A stretch of DNA of 64,000 nt from Candidatus Pelagibacterales bacterium (GCA_029242795.1 JAQWTH010000017.1:4211-68210), one strand, 5' to 3'. Positions 1 to 9,983 are shown, counted from the first letter of the stretch. Numbers and translations are program-made. Notes: generated by a model not told the origin, from the sequence alone.

Positions 1-12
1 CAAAAAAAATAA

Positions 13-894
13 TTATTCAGCTTGCCGATTTGCGGCATCAACAGTGTTTTTCAATAAACAAGCGATGGTCATTGGTCCGACCCCACCAGGAACTGGTGTA
101 ATTGCAGAAGCAACTTCTGCTACTTCATCATAATCCACGTCACCAACCAACTTAGTTTTACCTGTTTCAGAATCATCTATTCGATTAATACCCACATCAA
201 TTACTACTGCTCCAGGTTTAATCCAGTCTTTCTTAACCATTAATGGGCGTCCGACAGCAGCAACAACAATGTCACCTTGTCTAGTCATCTCCTCAATATT
301 TTTGGTTTTTGAATGAACAATACTAACTGTGCACGACTCTTCTAATAATAATTGCGCCATAGGTTTGCCAACAATATTTGATCTACCAATTATTACAGCA
401 TGCATACCTTTTAAATCAGAAATATGTTGCTTCAACATTAAGTAACAACCTAAAGGTGTACAAGGTGTGAATGTTTTTTTTAACAGGTCGCCACCAATTG
501 AATTTCGCCCCACATTTATTGCATGAAAACCATCTGCATCTTTTGCTGGATCAATTGCATCAATAATGACTCTTGAATCAATATGATCAGGTAGAGGAAG
601 TTGAACTAAAATTCCATTAACATCTTTATTTGAATTTAAGTTATAAATTAAATCAAGAAGATCTTTTTCTGAAACAGTTTTCTCAAAAAAATGATCCTCA
701 ACGTTCATTCCTATCTCTTTTGCCATTTTAGTTTTTGTTTTAACATAAACTTGACTAGCTGGGTCTTCTCCTACAAGAACCACAGCCAAAGTAGGAGGGT
801 TATTATATTTATTAATGAATTCTGTTACTAATTCCTTTGTGCTTGCTCTTAGATCAGCAGCAATTTGCTTCCCATCAATAATGTTTGCAGTCAT
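13..894 (-). CDS. folD: Bifunctional 5,10-methylene-THF dehydrogenase / methenyl-THF cyclohydrolase
   Basis: 293-aa ORF with FolD-typical motifs [31 protein letters not shown] and [10 protein letters not shown]. Confidence 0.95.
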   Translation of the reverse strand: MTANIIDGKQIAADLRASTKELVTEFINKYNNPPTLAVVLVGEDPASQVYVKTKTKMAKEIGMNVEDHFFEKTVSEKDLLDLIYNLNSNKDVNGILVQLPLPDHIDSRVIIDAIDPAKDADGFHAINVGRNSIGGDLLKKTFTPCTPLGCYLMLKQHISDLKGMHAVIIGRSNIVGKPMAQLLLEESCTVSIVHSKTKNIEEMTRQGDIVVAAVGRPLMVKKDWIKPGAVVIDVGINRIDDSETGKTKLVGDVDYDEVAEVASAITPVPGGVGPMTIACLLKNTVDAANRQAE

Positions 895-906
895 ATAAAT
901 CCTTAT

Positions 907-1191
907 TTAAAAATTAAAAAAATAAACTCTTAGCGAGTCCTGAACATAAAGTAAAAGTAAAATTAAAACGATGGGAGAAATATCTACACCTCCAAGATTA
1001 GGCAGAAATCGTCTTATTGGATTCAACAAAGGATCTGTTAGACGCCTAGTTGCATAAAGAATCATTGCAACAAATTGGTTATATGTATTGATTATCTTAA
1101 ACGCAACAAGCCAACTGATGATTACATTTGCAATGACAATATAAAAATAGATATCAATGATTCTGTAAATTAAGATAGCAATTGGTTCCAT
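907..1191 (-). CDS. yggT: YggT-family small integral membrane protein
   Basis: 94-aa hydrophobic ORF with two TM segments flanking a basic loop (RRLTDPLLNPIRR) and a DISPIV motif, as in the YggT family. Confidence 0.75.
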   Translation of the reverse strand: MEPIAILIYRIIDIYFYIVIANVIISWLVAFKIINTYNQFVAMILYATRRLTDPLLNPIRRFLPNLGGVDISPIVLILLLLYVQDSLRVYFFNF

Positions 1192-1198
1192 ATCTGTA

Positions 1199-1891
1199 TT
1201 ATTTAATGTTATTTAATAAATGGTTATCTAAAAAATTATCTAACCATAGATTTATATTTTTACCATATTTTAATCTTAGAGTCAGTTGCTCTTTCCTTGT
1301 TTGAGCACCTCGTTCACTCAATCTGTATCCAGCAAAGTAAAGCCAAGCTAAATGCATCCTTAGATTTACTTCAGGATGAAACTGTATACCAAACGCATTT
1401 TTATAACGAAAAGCCTGATTTGGAAACTTTGATCCTTTGGCTAGTAAAGTTGCATCGCGTGGAACATCAAAACCTTCAGAGTGCCATTGAAAAAAAGTTT
1501 TCTGATTTTGAAAGATTTTGAACCCATCATTAACAGGTGAAATATCAAAAAAACCAATCTCACAACTTTTATCATTGCAGTGCTTTACTTCTTGCCCTAG
1601 GTTTTTTGCTAGCATTTGGCCACCAAGACAAATACCAAGAAATGGCTTATTTGAGTCTAAGGCAGTGTCAATCCAATCTATCTCTTTTTTGATAAATTCA
1701 ACATTATCGTTAGCACTCATTGGTCCACCATAAATAACCGCAAGATCATGCTCCTGCATATTGTCAGGAAGACTTTCACCTAAAGAGGGCCTTCGAACAT
1801 CAAGTTTATAGCCTCTTTGCTTTAATTTTATACCAACATCTCCAGTACTTGATCTACGTTGATGAACAATTATTAATGCCTTTTTTGACAT
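1199..1891 (-). CDS. Stand-alone class I glutamine amidotransferase-like protein
   Basis: 230 aa; nucleophile elbow GICLGGQ and FGIQFHPE (His/Glu of the GATase1 triad). Confidence 0.8.
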   Translation of the reverse strand: MSKKALIIVHQRRSSTGDVGIKLKQRGYKLDVRRPSLGESLPDNMQEHDLAVIYGGPMSANDNVEFIKKEIDWIDTALDSNKPFLGICLGGQMLAKNLGQEVKHCNDKSCEIGFFDISPVNDGFKIFQNQKTFFQWHSEGFDVPRDATLLAKGSKFPNQAFRYKNAFGIQFHPEVNLRMHLAWLYFAGYRLSERGAQTRKEQLTLRLKYGKNINLWLDNFLDNHLLNNIK

Positions 1892-1894
1892 TAG

Positions 1895-2674
1895 CTACAT
1901 AGCACTCAATCCACCATCGAGAACTATTTCTGAACCGGTGATAAATTTTGATTCATCAGAAGCTAAATATAGAACAGCATAGGCTACATCATCAGTATCA
2001 CCTATTTTATTCATTGGTATTTGTCGTGAGAGCTTTGCAACAGCTTCTTTCTCTCCAAAAGCTTGCTTATGTGGATCTAATATTGGTGTGTCTATGAATG
2101 CTGGATGAATTGTATTTGATCGAATGTTGTAACCTTTCTTAGCACAATACAGTGCAATAGATTTACTGAGATGTCGAACGCCTGCTTTAGATGAATTGTA
2201 AGCAGCAGTATTCCAACCAGCTACAATTCCAGAAATTGAAGAAATACTTATAATTGATCCAGCTCCATGTTCAGCCATCATAGGAATTGCTAATTTGCAT
2301 CCTAAAAAAACACTATCTAAATTGACATCATGAACTTTTTTCCAAACATCAAGTCCAGTCGATACAACATCTCCACCTAGAGCAATACCTGCACTATTCA
2401 ATAGAATATTAAGCTTTCCAAATTTAGAACTAACATGTTCAAGAACTTCATTCCAAGATACTTCTGAAGATACGTCGTGATGACCTAGGGCATAATCTTC
2501 GGAGTCATATTGATCTAAAACTTGATTTAATTTTTCTAAGCCTTTTTCATTTATGTCTGAAAAAAAGACTTTAGCACCTTCATCGAGCAATTTAATCGCT
2601 GAAGCAAGACCGAGACCCGAAGCTGCACCAGTAACTAAAGCAACTTTCCCTTTAACACGATTATTGCCAGTCAT
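1895..2674 (-). CDS. Classical short-chain dehydrogenase/reductase (SDR)
   Basis: 259 aa; TGAASGLG cofactor motif, NSAG, catalytic YNSSK (YxxxK); overlaps the upstream BNR gene by 14 nt. Confidence 0.85.
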   Translation of the reverse strand: MTGNNRVKGKVALVTGAASGLGLASAIKLLDEGAKVFFSDINEKGLEKLNQVLDQYDSEDYALGHHDVSSEVSWNEVLEHVSSKFGKLNILLNSAGIALGGDVVSTGLDVWKKVHDVNLDSVFLGCKLAIPMMAEHGAGSIISISSISGIVAGWNTAAYNSSKAGVRHLSKSIALYCAKKGYNIRSNTIHPAFIDTPILDPHKQAFGEKEAVAKLSRQIPMNKIGDTDDVAYAVLYLASDESKFITGSEIVLDGGLSAM

Positions 2675-3752
2675 ATGGAACCCATTCCTCGTATTGGAAT
2701 TCGCTTTTCATCCACATATCTTTTGAGATACTATTTTTATCTTCAAAATTACTCTGACATTCCCTCATGCTATGAGTTCTAAATCCTTTTTCACCAGATA
2801 ATAAATATTTATCATCTGAGATTTCAATCACTGATGTATTGCTCAGTCTATCTCCTCTTATACATGTTTCAGTCGTTTCATTTTCAAGATCAAGAATTGC
2901 TACAACCCCACCATTACCACTAATTATATAGTTTCCATTTTTAAGTCGTTTAATATCAGTTAAACTATTTTTAATTCCAGCAAACAACGTATCCAAAGAG
3001 AACTCGCTAAGTGCTTCATCGCTAAACTTTACATATAAAATTTTACCAGCCATTCCGAGTAACAATTTTCTTTTTTCATCAACAGAAATTCCGCCCCAAA
3101 GTGAGCCAAAATATTCTGTATCTACCATATTCCAACTTTTTCCTTGATCATTAGAAATGTGAACCTGACCAATTTCTCCCGCAACAAACATTAAATTTGT
3201 TCCATTTTCACTTTTCATCTTATTTGAAGAATAAACTGAATTTAAGTGAGGTTCATATGGATCATCTGTTACAACTGTAGAAAACCAATTTTCACCACCA
3301 TCATTAGTCGTTACAGATTTTCCAAAAGCACCAACAACAATCCCATTTAGATAATCAAACATGTTAATGGACAAAAATGGCGCATCAAAATCTATATCAT
3401 TATACTGAACAGACCAATTTTTACCTCCATCAACAGAATGCAGGATAGTAAGATCATGGCCGACAGCCCAACATTGAGACTCAGAAACACACTGAACATC
3501 AGTTAATGTGTTGGTAAATGGAACTTCTTCAGCTTGTATCCAAGTAGAACCCGTATCATTCGAAGTTAAAATGATACCATGAACTCCAACAGCAACAATC
3601 CTATCATTGTAAATATGCATAGAAGTAATTGTTGCTTTATCTGCTAAATCAGACTTTAACGCTAATCCTGTATCATAATTGAAATCACTTGCAGATATAA
3701 TCGATCCACTAAAAATGAAAAAAAAAGAAATTAAAGTAAGAAAAATACGCAT
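2661..3752 (-). CDS. Secreted Ycf48-like / BNR (Asp-box) beta-propeller protein
   Basis: 363 aa; N-terminal signal peptide; four Asp-box repeats (SNDTGSTW, SVDGGKNW, TNDGGENW, SNDQGKSW). Confidence 0.75.
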   Translation of the reverse strand: MRIFLTLISFFFIFSGSIISASDFNYDTGLALKSDLADKATITSMHIYNDRIVAVGVHGIILTSNDTGSTWIQAEEVPFTNTLTDVQCVSESQCWAVGHDLTILHSVDGGKNWSVQYNDIDFDAPFLSINMFDYLNGIVVGAFGKSVTTNDGGENWFSTVVTDDPYEPHLNSVYSSNKMKSENGTNLMFVAGEIGQVHISNDQGKSWNMVDTEYFGSLWGGISVDEKRKLLLGMAGKILYVKFSDEALSEFSLDTLFAGIKNSLTDIKRLKNGNYIISGNGGVVAILDLENETTETCIRGDRLSNTSVIEISDDKYLLSGEKGFRTHSMRECQSNFEDKNSISKDMWMKSEFQYEEWVPYDWQ

Positions 3753-3799
3753 AAGATTAAATTTTACGCAACATAAACTGTTTCTGCAAATAGATAAAC

Positions 3800-3841
3800 A
3801 AAAAAAACCCAGCTTAGAACAAATCCAAGCTGGGTTTTTTT
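3800..3841 (-). terminator. Rho-independent (bidirectional) terminator downstream of the DUF1329 gene
   Basis: Perfect 8-bp stem CCCAGCTT (3808-3815) / AAGCTGGG (3827-3834) with an 11-nt loop. It is flanked by an A8 run (U-run on the minus-strand transcript) and a T7 run. Confidence 0.7.
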
Positions 3842-3855
3842 AAGAAATTAATTAC

Positions 3856-5055
3856 TTATCTTGCGTATCTACGTAAACCATCAGGAGTGTAGAAACTCAC
3901 ATCTTTTGATGGACCATTGTAAAGAGCTGGCTGTGAATTGATTGCACTACCCAGCATATTATTTACTGCATACTGTCTTGTAGCAAAATCAAAAGTAGCC
4001 TCAGCATTGACAGTGCAGCCACCATCTAAACCAGCAACCTCAGTAGTTAAAGTATTTAATGCATGTCTCATTAAATTCCCTTTTCCATCATATATATCTT
4101 GCGAAACGATAAAGAAAGCGTCTGTAGTTACATAAAAAGTACGAGACGCATAAAGATGTCTTTGACCATCTTTTAAAGTTGCATGAACCACAGCTACTTC
4201 TTTTTCCTCATAACTAACGTATTCAGGATTCAAGTGTCCAACTCCATGAGTGACTTCAAGTGGATTATTACCAAGAGCATTATTTACTCCCGCTACAACC
4301 ATTTTTTTAACTCCTTTTAACTCCCAGTTATACTTATCTTGAGCTCCATTAAATGTACCATACTGATCCACAACAATAAGTGGAGATGCATTTACGAGAG
4401 TATCATAAGTAATATCTGGTGCTCTTCTTACTCTTCGAGTAGCTGGACTGTAAGACCAAGCGCGTCTAGGATTTTCGTAAGAGTCAATATAATCGTGAAC
4501 AAGAACAGTTACACCTTTAACCCTTGCAGGTGAATTATTTTTCTGCATAAATAATGCAAACAATCCATCTTCATATTTTCCAACATTTCTCTCGTGAGCA
4601 GGGAAAATAATATTTGTTTCTTGCTCTCCAACTGTAATGTTTCCAGAGCTATCAACATTTGAAATTGTTTGAAATCTCATAATATTCGATTGAGTTCCAG
4701 CATTCATTCTAGCATTCCAGATATAATGCTGAGGATCTGTTGGATTCGGGAATGGAATTTGACCAGAATTTTCAACTTCAAAACCTTCATTATTGTTGAT
4801 CATTGTTCCATTTGATGTGGAACGAGCAGAAACATCAGATGGTATAGAACAAGCTACCGCAGAACTAACATTAATTTTATAGTCAGGATAAGCTTCAAAC
4901 ATTTTCTTTTCACCTTCAGACAACATATCTGCATACTGAGATACATTCGATGCATCAATTGTATATGAGTGTCCATCCGCATTAACGTTTGGTATAAAAA
5001 TAAATACTAAAGCAAAAGTGCTTAGTAAGCTTTTTATGATTGTTTTCATTTTCAT
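3856..5055 (-). CDS. Secreted DUF1329-family (LolA-like) protein
   Basis: 399 aa; signal peptide ending NVNA/DG; AGGAGA SD 8 nt upstream. It lies 17 nt after a DUF1302 gene, and its size and the YNWELKG block resemble DUF1329 (recognised from memory, needs HMM). Confidence 0.6.
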   Translation of the reverse strand: MKMKTIIKSLLSTFALVFIFIPNVNADGHSYTIDASNVSQYADMLSEGEKKMFEAYPDYKINVSSAVACSIPSDVSARSTSNGTMINNNEGFEVENSGQIPFPNPTDPQHYIWNARMNAGTQSNIMRFQTISNVDSSGNITVGEQETNIIFPAHERNVGKYEDGLFALFMQKNNSPARVKGVTVLVHDYIDSYENPRRAWSYSPATRRVRRAPDITYDTLVNASPLIVVDQYGTFNGAQDKYNWELKGVKKMVVAGVNNALGNNPLEVTHGVGHLNPEYVSYEEKEVAVVHATLKDGQRHLYASRTFYVTTDAFFIVSQDIYDGKGNLMRHALNTLTTEVAGLDGGCTVNAEATFDFATRQYAVNNMLGSAINSQPALYNGPSKDVSFYTPDGLRRYAR

Positions 5056-5072
5056 TTTATTAATCTCCTATA

Positions 5073-8000
5073 TTAAAATGCGTATGACACAGCTAGTGAA
5101 AGATAATCTTTATCAGCATTTAATTGCGATAACTCATCTCCCATGTAGTCTACGTACGAAGTTGAAATTCTAAGATCATTTCTACTGAAATTAGCTCCTA
5201 TTGATAAAGACTGCCTGCCTTCAACAAAGCCACCTAACGATGATGGAGCATACCCGTGAGGGTCATGAGACCAAGCAAAGTTTGGTGAGAAAGACCACTG
5301 TGAGTTGTTAACATTGTTATAAGTTGCTGAACCAATCAACCTGTATGTTAATGCAAAATCATCTGCACCAGGTTTACTTTCACAGTAACCACCGTTTCCA
5401 AACAATGCATCAACAACACCAGATCCGATATTTGATATTGCTGCAGCAGCAGTAGATACAACTGCCTTACTAGTTCCAAATGCACCTAAACATTTTTCAG
5501 TAGCAGATGCAGCTCCTTCATTCCAGCCACCTCTAGCAACATGACCGTTTACACTGTCATTCATATCACTGACTCTAACAAACCCAATTTCAGATAAGAA
5601 CACTGAAGAATCTGCTCCAAGACCTACTGTCACTGGATGAGAAGCCTGAAAGCTTGTAGTTGTTCCAAGTGTACCAGAGATTACATCATATTTAATGTAA
5701 GGTTTTGAGTAGTATCGACTCGTAAGATCGGTAGTAGGATTACCATTAGCATCCCATACGCTACCTAGAGTAGAACGCTCATATGCTCCAAGTCCACCGT
5801 AAAAGAATGCTGAGTTAGTACATGCAGATCCAGTAGCTGCAGTACATACGCCCGCTACCAACTGATTAAATCCTGCAGCGCCAGCAGCAGTTGCATAACC
5901 ACCTCCAACAGCTACCATGTTCAATGCATCATTTGCACCACTCTTATCATTCAACTGATTGATCTGATTTCCAGCACCAGTCGCAAGTGGGAAGTTTGGT
6001 CTATAAGCAATCTCAGCTTGAACAGTAGTTCCTCCAACGTTTGTACTTCCACTTAAAGCAAAAACTTGCAGATCTTCAGGGAAGATACCACGATAGTCAA
6101 TAAACGCTATCGGAGTCACTGCAGCAAATAATCTTGCACCAGTACCGATCAGTGCCGTACCTAGCGCAGTTGCTGTAGATGTATAAGTGGTCGTATAATT
6201 TCCACCAGCCAAAGCAGCTGCAGTACCGGCTGCATCAGGAAGCGAAGTAACTGAAGCATCCAAAGCATCTGCTGAGTCACCTAACGCCCATTTCATACAC
6301 TGAGAAGCATCGTGAACAATTTCACCATCTGCAATTTCAGTATAGTAAGCAGCAGTATAAGCAGCTTCTTTTTGCTCAGACGTAGCACTTGAGTATCCTA
6401 AAGCTGTAGCCAAGCTACCTTTAGTAACTGCAGTACAGATTCCTGAACTCATTGCAGCATTTGTCAATGCTTTATAAATGTTTTCCATTCCAGCTAGCTC
6501 GAAAGTTCCAGCATTATCACCAGGAACGCCCGTTGCACCTTGAGCATCAGCTGCTGACAATAAATAAGCACCTAATGCATCACTCGCAAACATGTTTCCA
6601 GGCATACTGAATTGTATGTATGGAACTTTTGAATGATAATTAGCAAATGAGAATGATAAGTCCAACCCAGTTCCAACATCATCTAAATATTTACTCCATT
6701 TCAATCCAAACTGCCCATCATCTTTTGGCTCTTTGAATAATCCGTCAGAAGATGTAGCACGCATGAATACTGTTCCAGCATTTTCATAAACAGGATCAAT
6801 AAGCGCAGCAGCCGATGTCATGAAACCTGCAATTCCTGAAGCGTCACCAGCGTTAGCAGCAATCACACCTGCTGAGTTTGCGTCAGCTGTCGAACCATTT
6901 GTAGCGTCGCCATCCGTATCAGTTACAAATACGTGAGCTTTACCAGCGGCAATTGCAGCACCAACAGAAGTTGCATCCATTTGTTTCAAACCAGCAAATG
7001 CAAGATCAAGTGTGTTCACAGCCTGGTATGTGTTACCAGTTTTGTTATGTGAAACAGCAGCTCTATTTGTCGCATTACAAGCTAAACCTAATCCGCTAAA
7101 TCCATACTGAGCTCTGGTCACACCAATAGCATTTGCATCTGCTGATGTTAATACCATAAGTCCAGGACAAGAGTCGGGTGCTTCACTTTCATATGTATTC
7201 GTTCCAGTTGCAATCAGACCTTTTGCACCGGGTCCAAATGTCTCACTTCCAAAATACGATCCAGAAGCAGGAATTCCTACAAATCTATGCTTGAATTGAT
7301 AATAAGCCTCAAGGTTTGAACCATCAGGTAATCCTGTTGCAATGGAAATATTTTCAACTGGTATTAATGCTTCTTTAATACCTGCAGAGGGAGATGTAAG
7401 TTTGCTTAAGTCAAGAGGGTTTGTAACTAAGCCATTCATACCTACAGGGATAAAAGTAGACTCACCCCAACTTGTAACAGATTTTCCAATTGAGAAGTCA
7501 ACGTAAGTATCTCCAACATCTTCAGATCCAGTTATATAAAAATCAAGAAGTGTAGTATCATTTTCAAATGCTCCTTTTGCTTCATCAGTAAACTCTTTCC
7601 ATGCGGGGGCATTTATATCAAGAGCAGGATCAACAGAAGCTGCAAAAGAGAAATCAATTCCAATTCCACCATCAGTCATACCTGTGAATGAGGAATAAAC
7701 AGATTGAGATGCTGAGAATATATCTCCAGAGTCAAAGTTTAAGCTGCTGTTATTTGAATTTGCATTACCTAAATCAATAGCTTTGTTGGTCGTGTTTCCA
7801 TAATCATCAGTTCTCGCTTTTGCGCAACCTTCAGCTGAACCACCAACAATATAATCAAGTGTTGCGTCCTCACCACGAGCAGTTCTAAGTGCTACAGTTC
7901 CAGCATTCTTATGAGAATCAGTATTGTAACCATCAAGAAGATTGCAATCTCTATCAGCGACTCTCGTTGAAAAACCAGAAGTAAATGTGCTTGTTAGGCT

Positions 8001-8108
8001 ACCACTGAGACCTGGCATGTTTATTTCAACAGCATTAGCTGAATGAAATGTTGATGCTAGAAAAAATAACGCAGTTATTTTTAAAGCGTATGATTTAAAA
8101 TTAAACAT
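5073..8108 (-). CDS. DUF1302-family outer-membrane beta-barrel-like protein, unusually long (about 1011 aa)
   Basis: Track ORF trimmed to Met13: GGGGGA SD 7 nt upstream and signal peptide MFNFKSYALKITALFFLASTFHSANA/VE. It has the SWGESTF motif and an OMP-type C-terminus LSLAVSYAF; 10 Cys. Confidence 0.7.
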   Translation of the reverse strand: MFNFKSYALKITALFFLASTFHSANAVEINMPGLSGSLTSTFTSGFSTRVADRDCNLLDGYNTDSHKNAGTVALRTARGEDATLDYIVGGSAEGCAKARTDDYGNTTNKAIDLGNANSNNSSLNFDSGDIFSASQSVYSSFTGMTDGGIGIDFSFAASVDPALDINAPAWKEFTDEAKGAFENDTTLLDFYITGSEDVGDTYVDFSIGKSVTSWGESTFIPVGMNGLVTNPLDLSKLTSPSAGIKEALIPVENISIATGLPDGSNLEAYYQFKHRFVGIPASGSYFGSETFGPGAKGLIATGTNTYESEAPDSCPGLMVLTSADANAIGVTRAQYGFSGLGLACNATNRAAVSHNKTGNTYQAVNTLDLAFAGLKQMDATSVGAAIAAGKAHVFVTDTDGDATNGSTADANSAGVIAANAGDASGIAGFMTSAAALIDPVYENAGTVFMRATSSDGLFKEPKDDGQFGLKWSKYLDDVGTGLDLSFSFANYHSKVPYIQFSMPGNMFASDALGAYLLSAADAQGATGVPGDNAGTFELAGMENIYKALTNAAMSSGICTAVTKGSLATALGYSSATSEQKEAAYTAAYYTEIADGEIVHDASQCMKWALGDSADALDASVTSLPDAAGTAAALAGGNYTTTYTSTATALGTALIGTGARLFAAVTPIAFIDYRGIFPEDLQVFALSGSTNVGGTTVQAEIAYRPNFPLATGAGNQINQLNDKSGANDALNMVAVGGGYATAAGAAGFNQLVAGVCTAATGSACTNSAFFYGGLGAYERSTLGSVWDANGNPTTDLTSRYYSKPYIKYDVISGTLGTTTSFQASHPVTVGLGADSSVFLSEIGFVRVSDMNDSVNGHVARGGWNEGAASATEKCLGAFGTSKAVVSTAAAAISNIGSGVVDALFGNGGYCESKPGADDFALTYRLIGSATYNNVNNSQWSFSPNFAWSHDPHGYAPSSLGGFVEGRQSLSIGANFSRNDLRISTSYVDYMGDELSQLNADKDYLSLAVSYAF

Positions 8109-8250
8109 TAGTATTCCCCCATTTAAATAATGTAAACTTATCAAGAATATAAGAAGTTTCCTTAAAAGTTAACGTATTTCATAGTTTTTTAATAATATAG
8201 TCAAGTTTTAGTTATAGCTAAATTTTAAGAGTATAAAAGAAAAAATCTAT

Positions 8251-8979
8251 CTATTTTCCATTGTTTATCAAATGCTTATTAGCAATAATCAAGGATATCA
8301 TAGAACTCTGCTCTGGCTTTGGTGATATTTTTATCACACCTTGCTCTAATTTGTATTTTTTGCAATTTTCTGAAATTCGAGCACTAAGAACAAAATATAT
8401 TTGATCAAGAGTGCTAAGGGAAATTTTATATTTTTTTAACAGTTTGAAATAAACATCCGCAGATGTTTTTGAATAAAATACAACACTATTTATTTTATTT
8501 TGTTTAAGAAACTTAATTGTTTTTCTATTAAAAGATTTTTTCAAAATTGTTTCATATATCACTTTTCTTTTAAATGAGATTTTATATTTTTTAAGCTCGC
8601 TCACAAATATCTGATTAACAATACTTCCGCTAAGGTAAACATAATTGTTCTGCCGGTTCTCTTTTTTTCGCATCCATTTCATTAGTTGCTGTGTATCATG
8701 AGAGATGAATAAAATGTTTTTAAAATTATTTTCCTTAAGTCGTTTTGCAACTTTTTTTCCAACAACGATGATGCTTATATTATTTATATTTTTAATTCGA
8801 GCGAGAACATCAACACATCTTTGACTAGCGCAGATATAAACATGAGCATCACTAAATTTTATCTTTCTATTTTGAAATTTAAAAGATGTGAGTGGATCGA
8901 TTAAAGATAGAATTTTCTTTTTCTTTAACTCTTGTTGTAACTCAACAGCGTCATCTATTGGGCGTGTAATCAAAATCAT
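8251..8979 (-). CDS. hemD: Uroporphyrinogen-III synthase (divergent)
   Basis: 242 aa; N-terminus MILITRP; directly follows and overlaps hemC by 29 nt. Family-level similarity is weak, so position is the main support. Confidence 0.65.
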   Translation of the reverse strand: MILITRPIDDAVELQQELKKKKILSLIDPLTSFKFQNRKIKFSDAHVYICASQRCVDVLARIKNINNISIIVVGKKVAKRLKENNFKNILFISHDTQQLMKWMRKKENRQNNYVYLSGSIVNQIFVSELKKYKISFKRKVIYETILKKSFNRKTIKFLKQNKINSVVFYSKTSADVYFKLLKKYKISLSTLDQIYFVLSARISENCKKYKLEQGVIKISPKPEQSSMISLIIANKHLINNGK

Positions 8980-9928
8980 TTTCTAAATTATCCAAGTTAT
9001 CAATTACTGATTGACCAAGTGAAGCTAAAATTTCATCTCCCATTTCGGTTCCTAATAACTTAGATTGAGAATAAGGTCTCTTAACTTTGCTTGAAAAAAT
9101 TTTTTCTCCAGAATGATCAAATATATCACAATATAAATGAATCACATCATCAGTTTCTTTTGCAAATAATCCTATTGGACTATTACAGTTTGCTTTGATA
9201 GTTCGTAAAACGTCACGTTCAATTTTACAAGTTGTCTCAGTCAATGAGTGATTCAATGGTTCTAAGAAAGTTTTTAAGTTTAAATTTGATGAATCTATTT
9301 GGACGCCAATGGCGCCCTGACAGGCAGCAGGCAATAGTTCATCATCAGAAAATATATATGAAATTAAATGATCAAAAGATAATCTTTCTAAGCCAGCAAC
9401 ACTCAAAACAATTGCATCAAATTCCTTGTCTTCTAATTTCTTTATTCTTGTATCAACATTCCCTCTCAGCGACTTTATTTTCAAATCCTGTCTTAGGTTC
9501 ATTATTTGTGATCTTCTACGTATTGAGCTGGTACCTATTAATGAATGTTCAGTTAATTCCATAAAAGATTGATGTGAACTATTTGTGAGCAATGCATCTC
9601 GGTGATCATATCGTTCAAGCCAGCATGCAATGGAAAGATCATTGTTCTCATCAGCCGGCATATCCTTCATTGAATGTATACCCAAATCAACAGTGCCATT
9701 TAAAATTTCTGTCTCTATCTCCTTAGCGAATAATCCTTTTCCACCCATTTGATCGAGTCGTATCGATTGATTTTGATCTCCAGATGTTTTGATTTGTCTA
9801 ATTTCGATCGATTCTGAGGTCATATCAGGATAATTATGAAGTAATTTGTCAATAAAAATCCTAGTTTGAGCGAGCGCAAGACCACTCGATCGCGTTCCAA
9901 TAACCAATCTTTTTTTATAATTTGTCAT
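8951..9928 (-). CDS. hemC: Porphobilinogen deaminase (hydroxymethylbilane synthase)
   Basis: 325 aa; VIGTRSSGLALAQT N-terminus, GNVDTRIKKL, and a conserved Cys region (PAACQGAIGV). Confidence 0.95.
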   Translation of the reverse strand: MTNYKKRLVIGTRSSGLALAQTRIFIDKLLHNYPDMTSESIEIRQIKTSGDQNQSIRLDQMGGKGLFAKEIETEILNGTVDLGIHSMKDMPADENNDLSIACWLERYDHRDALLTNSSHQSFMELTEHSLIGTSSIRRRSQIMNLRQDLKIKSLRGNVDTRIKKLEDKEFDAIVLSVAGLERLSFDHLISYIFSDDELLPAACQGAIGVQIDSSNLNLKTFLEPLNHSLTETTCKIERDVLRTIKANCNSPIGLFAKETDDVIHLYCDIFDHSGEKIFSSKVKRPYSQSKLLGTEMGDEILASLGQSVIDNLDNLENDFDYTPNR

Positions 9929-9983
9929 TATTTATACAGACTACTATAAATTATATAATTGTAATTAATTAGCTAAATAAATA

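Noticed and set aside
1297-1733. Two plus-strand ORFs (74 and 71 aa) inside the GATase gene
   Set aside because: They are antisense shadow ORFs of a well-supported minus-strand gene. They have low-complexity sequence and no recognisable motifs. The same reasoning applies to 3938-4135, 4339-4533, 9232-9564, 10103-10456, 11632-11925, 13119-13304, 15938-16876, 18398-18604, 20124-20732, 23240-23671, 24569-24763, 27633-27932, 38262-38450, 44623-45135, 46196-46684, 49293-49475, 50409-50708, 51441-51632 and 62889-63152.
8109-8144. N-terminal extensions of track ORFs (also 23662-23754, 25997-26035, 56934-56957, 19528-19560)
   Set aside because: Internal Met codons give proper signal peptides, a Rossmann N-terminus or a canonical N-terminus. 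They also have better SD or overlap geometry. The upstream codons are probably not translated.
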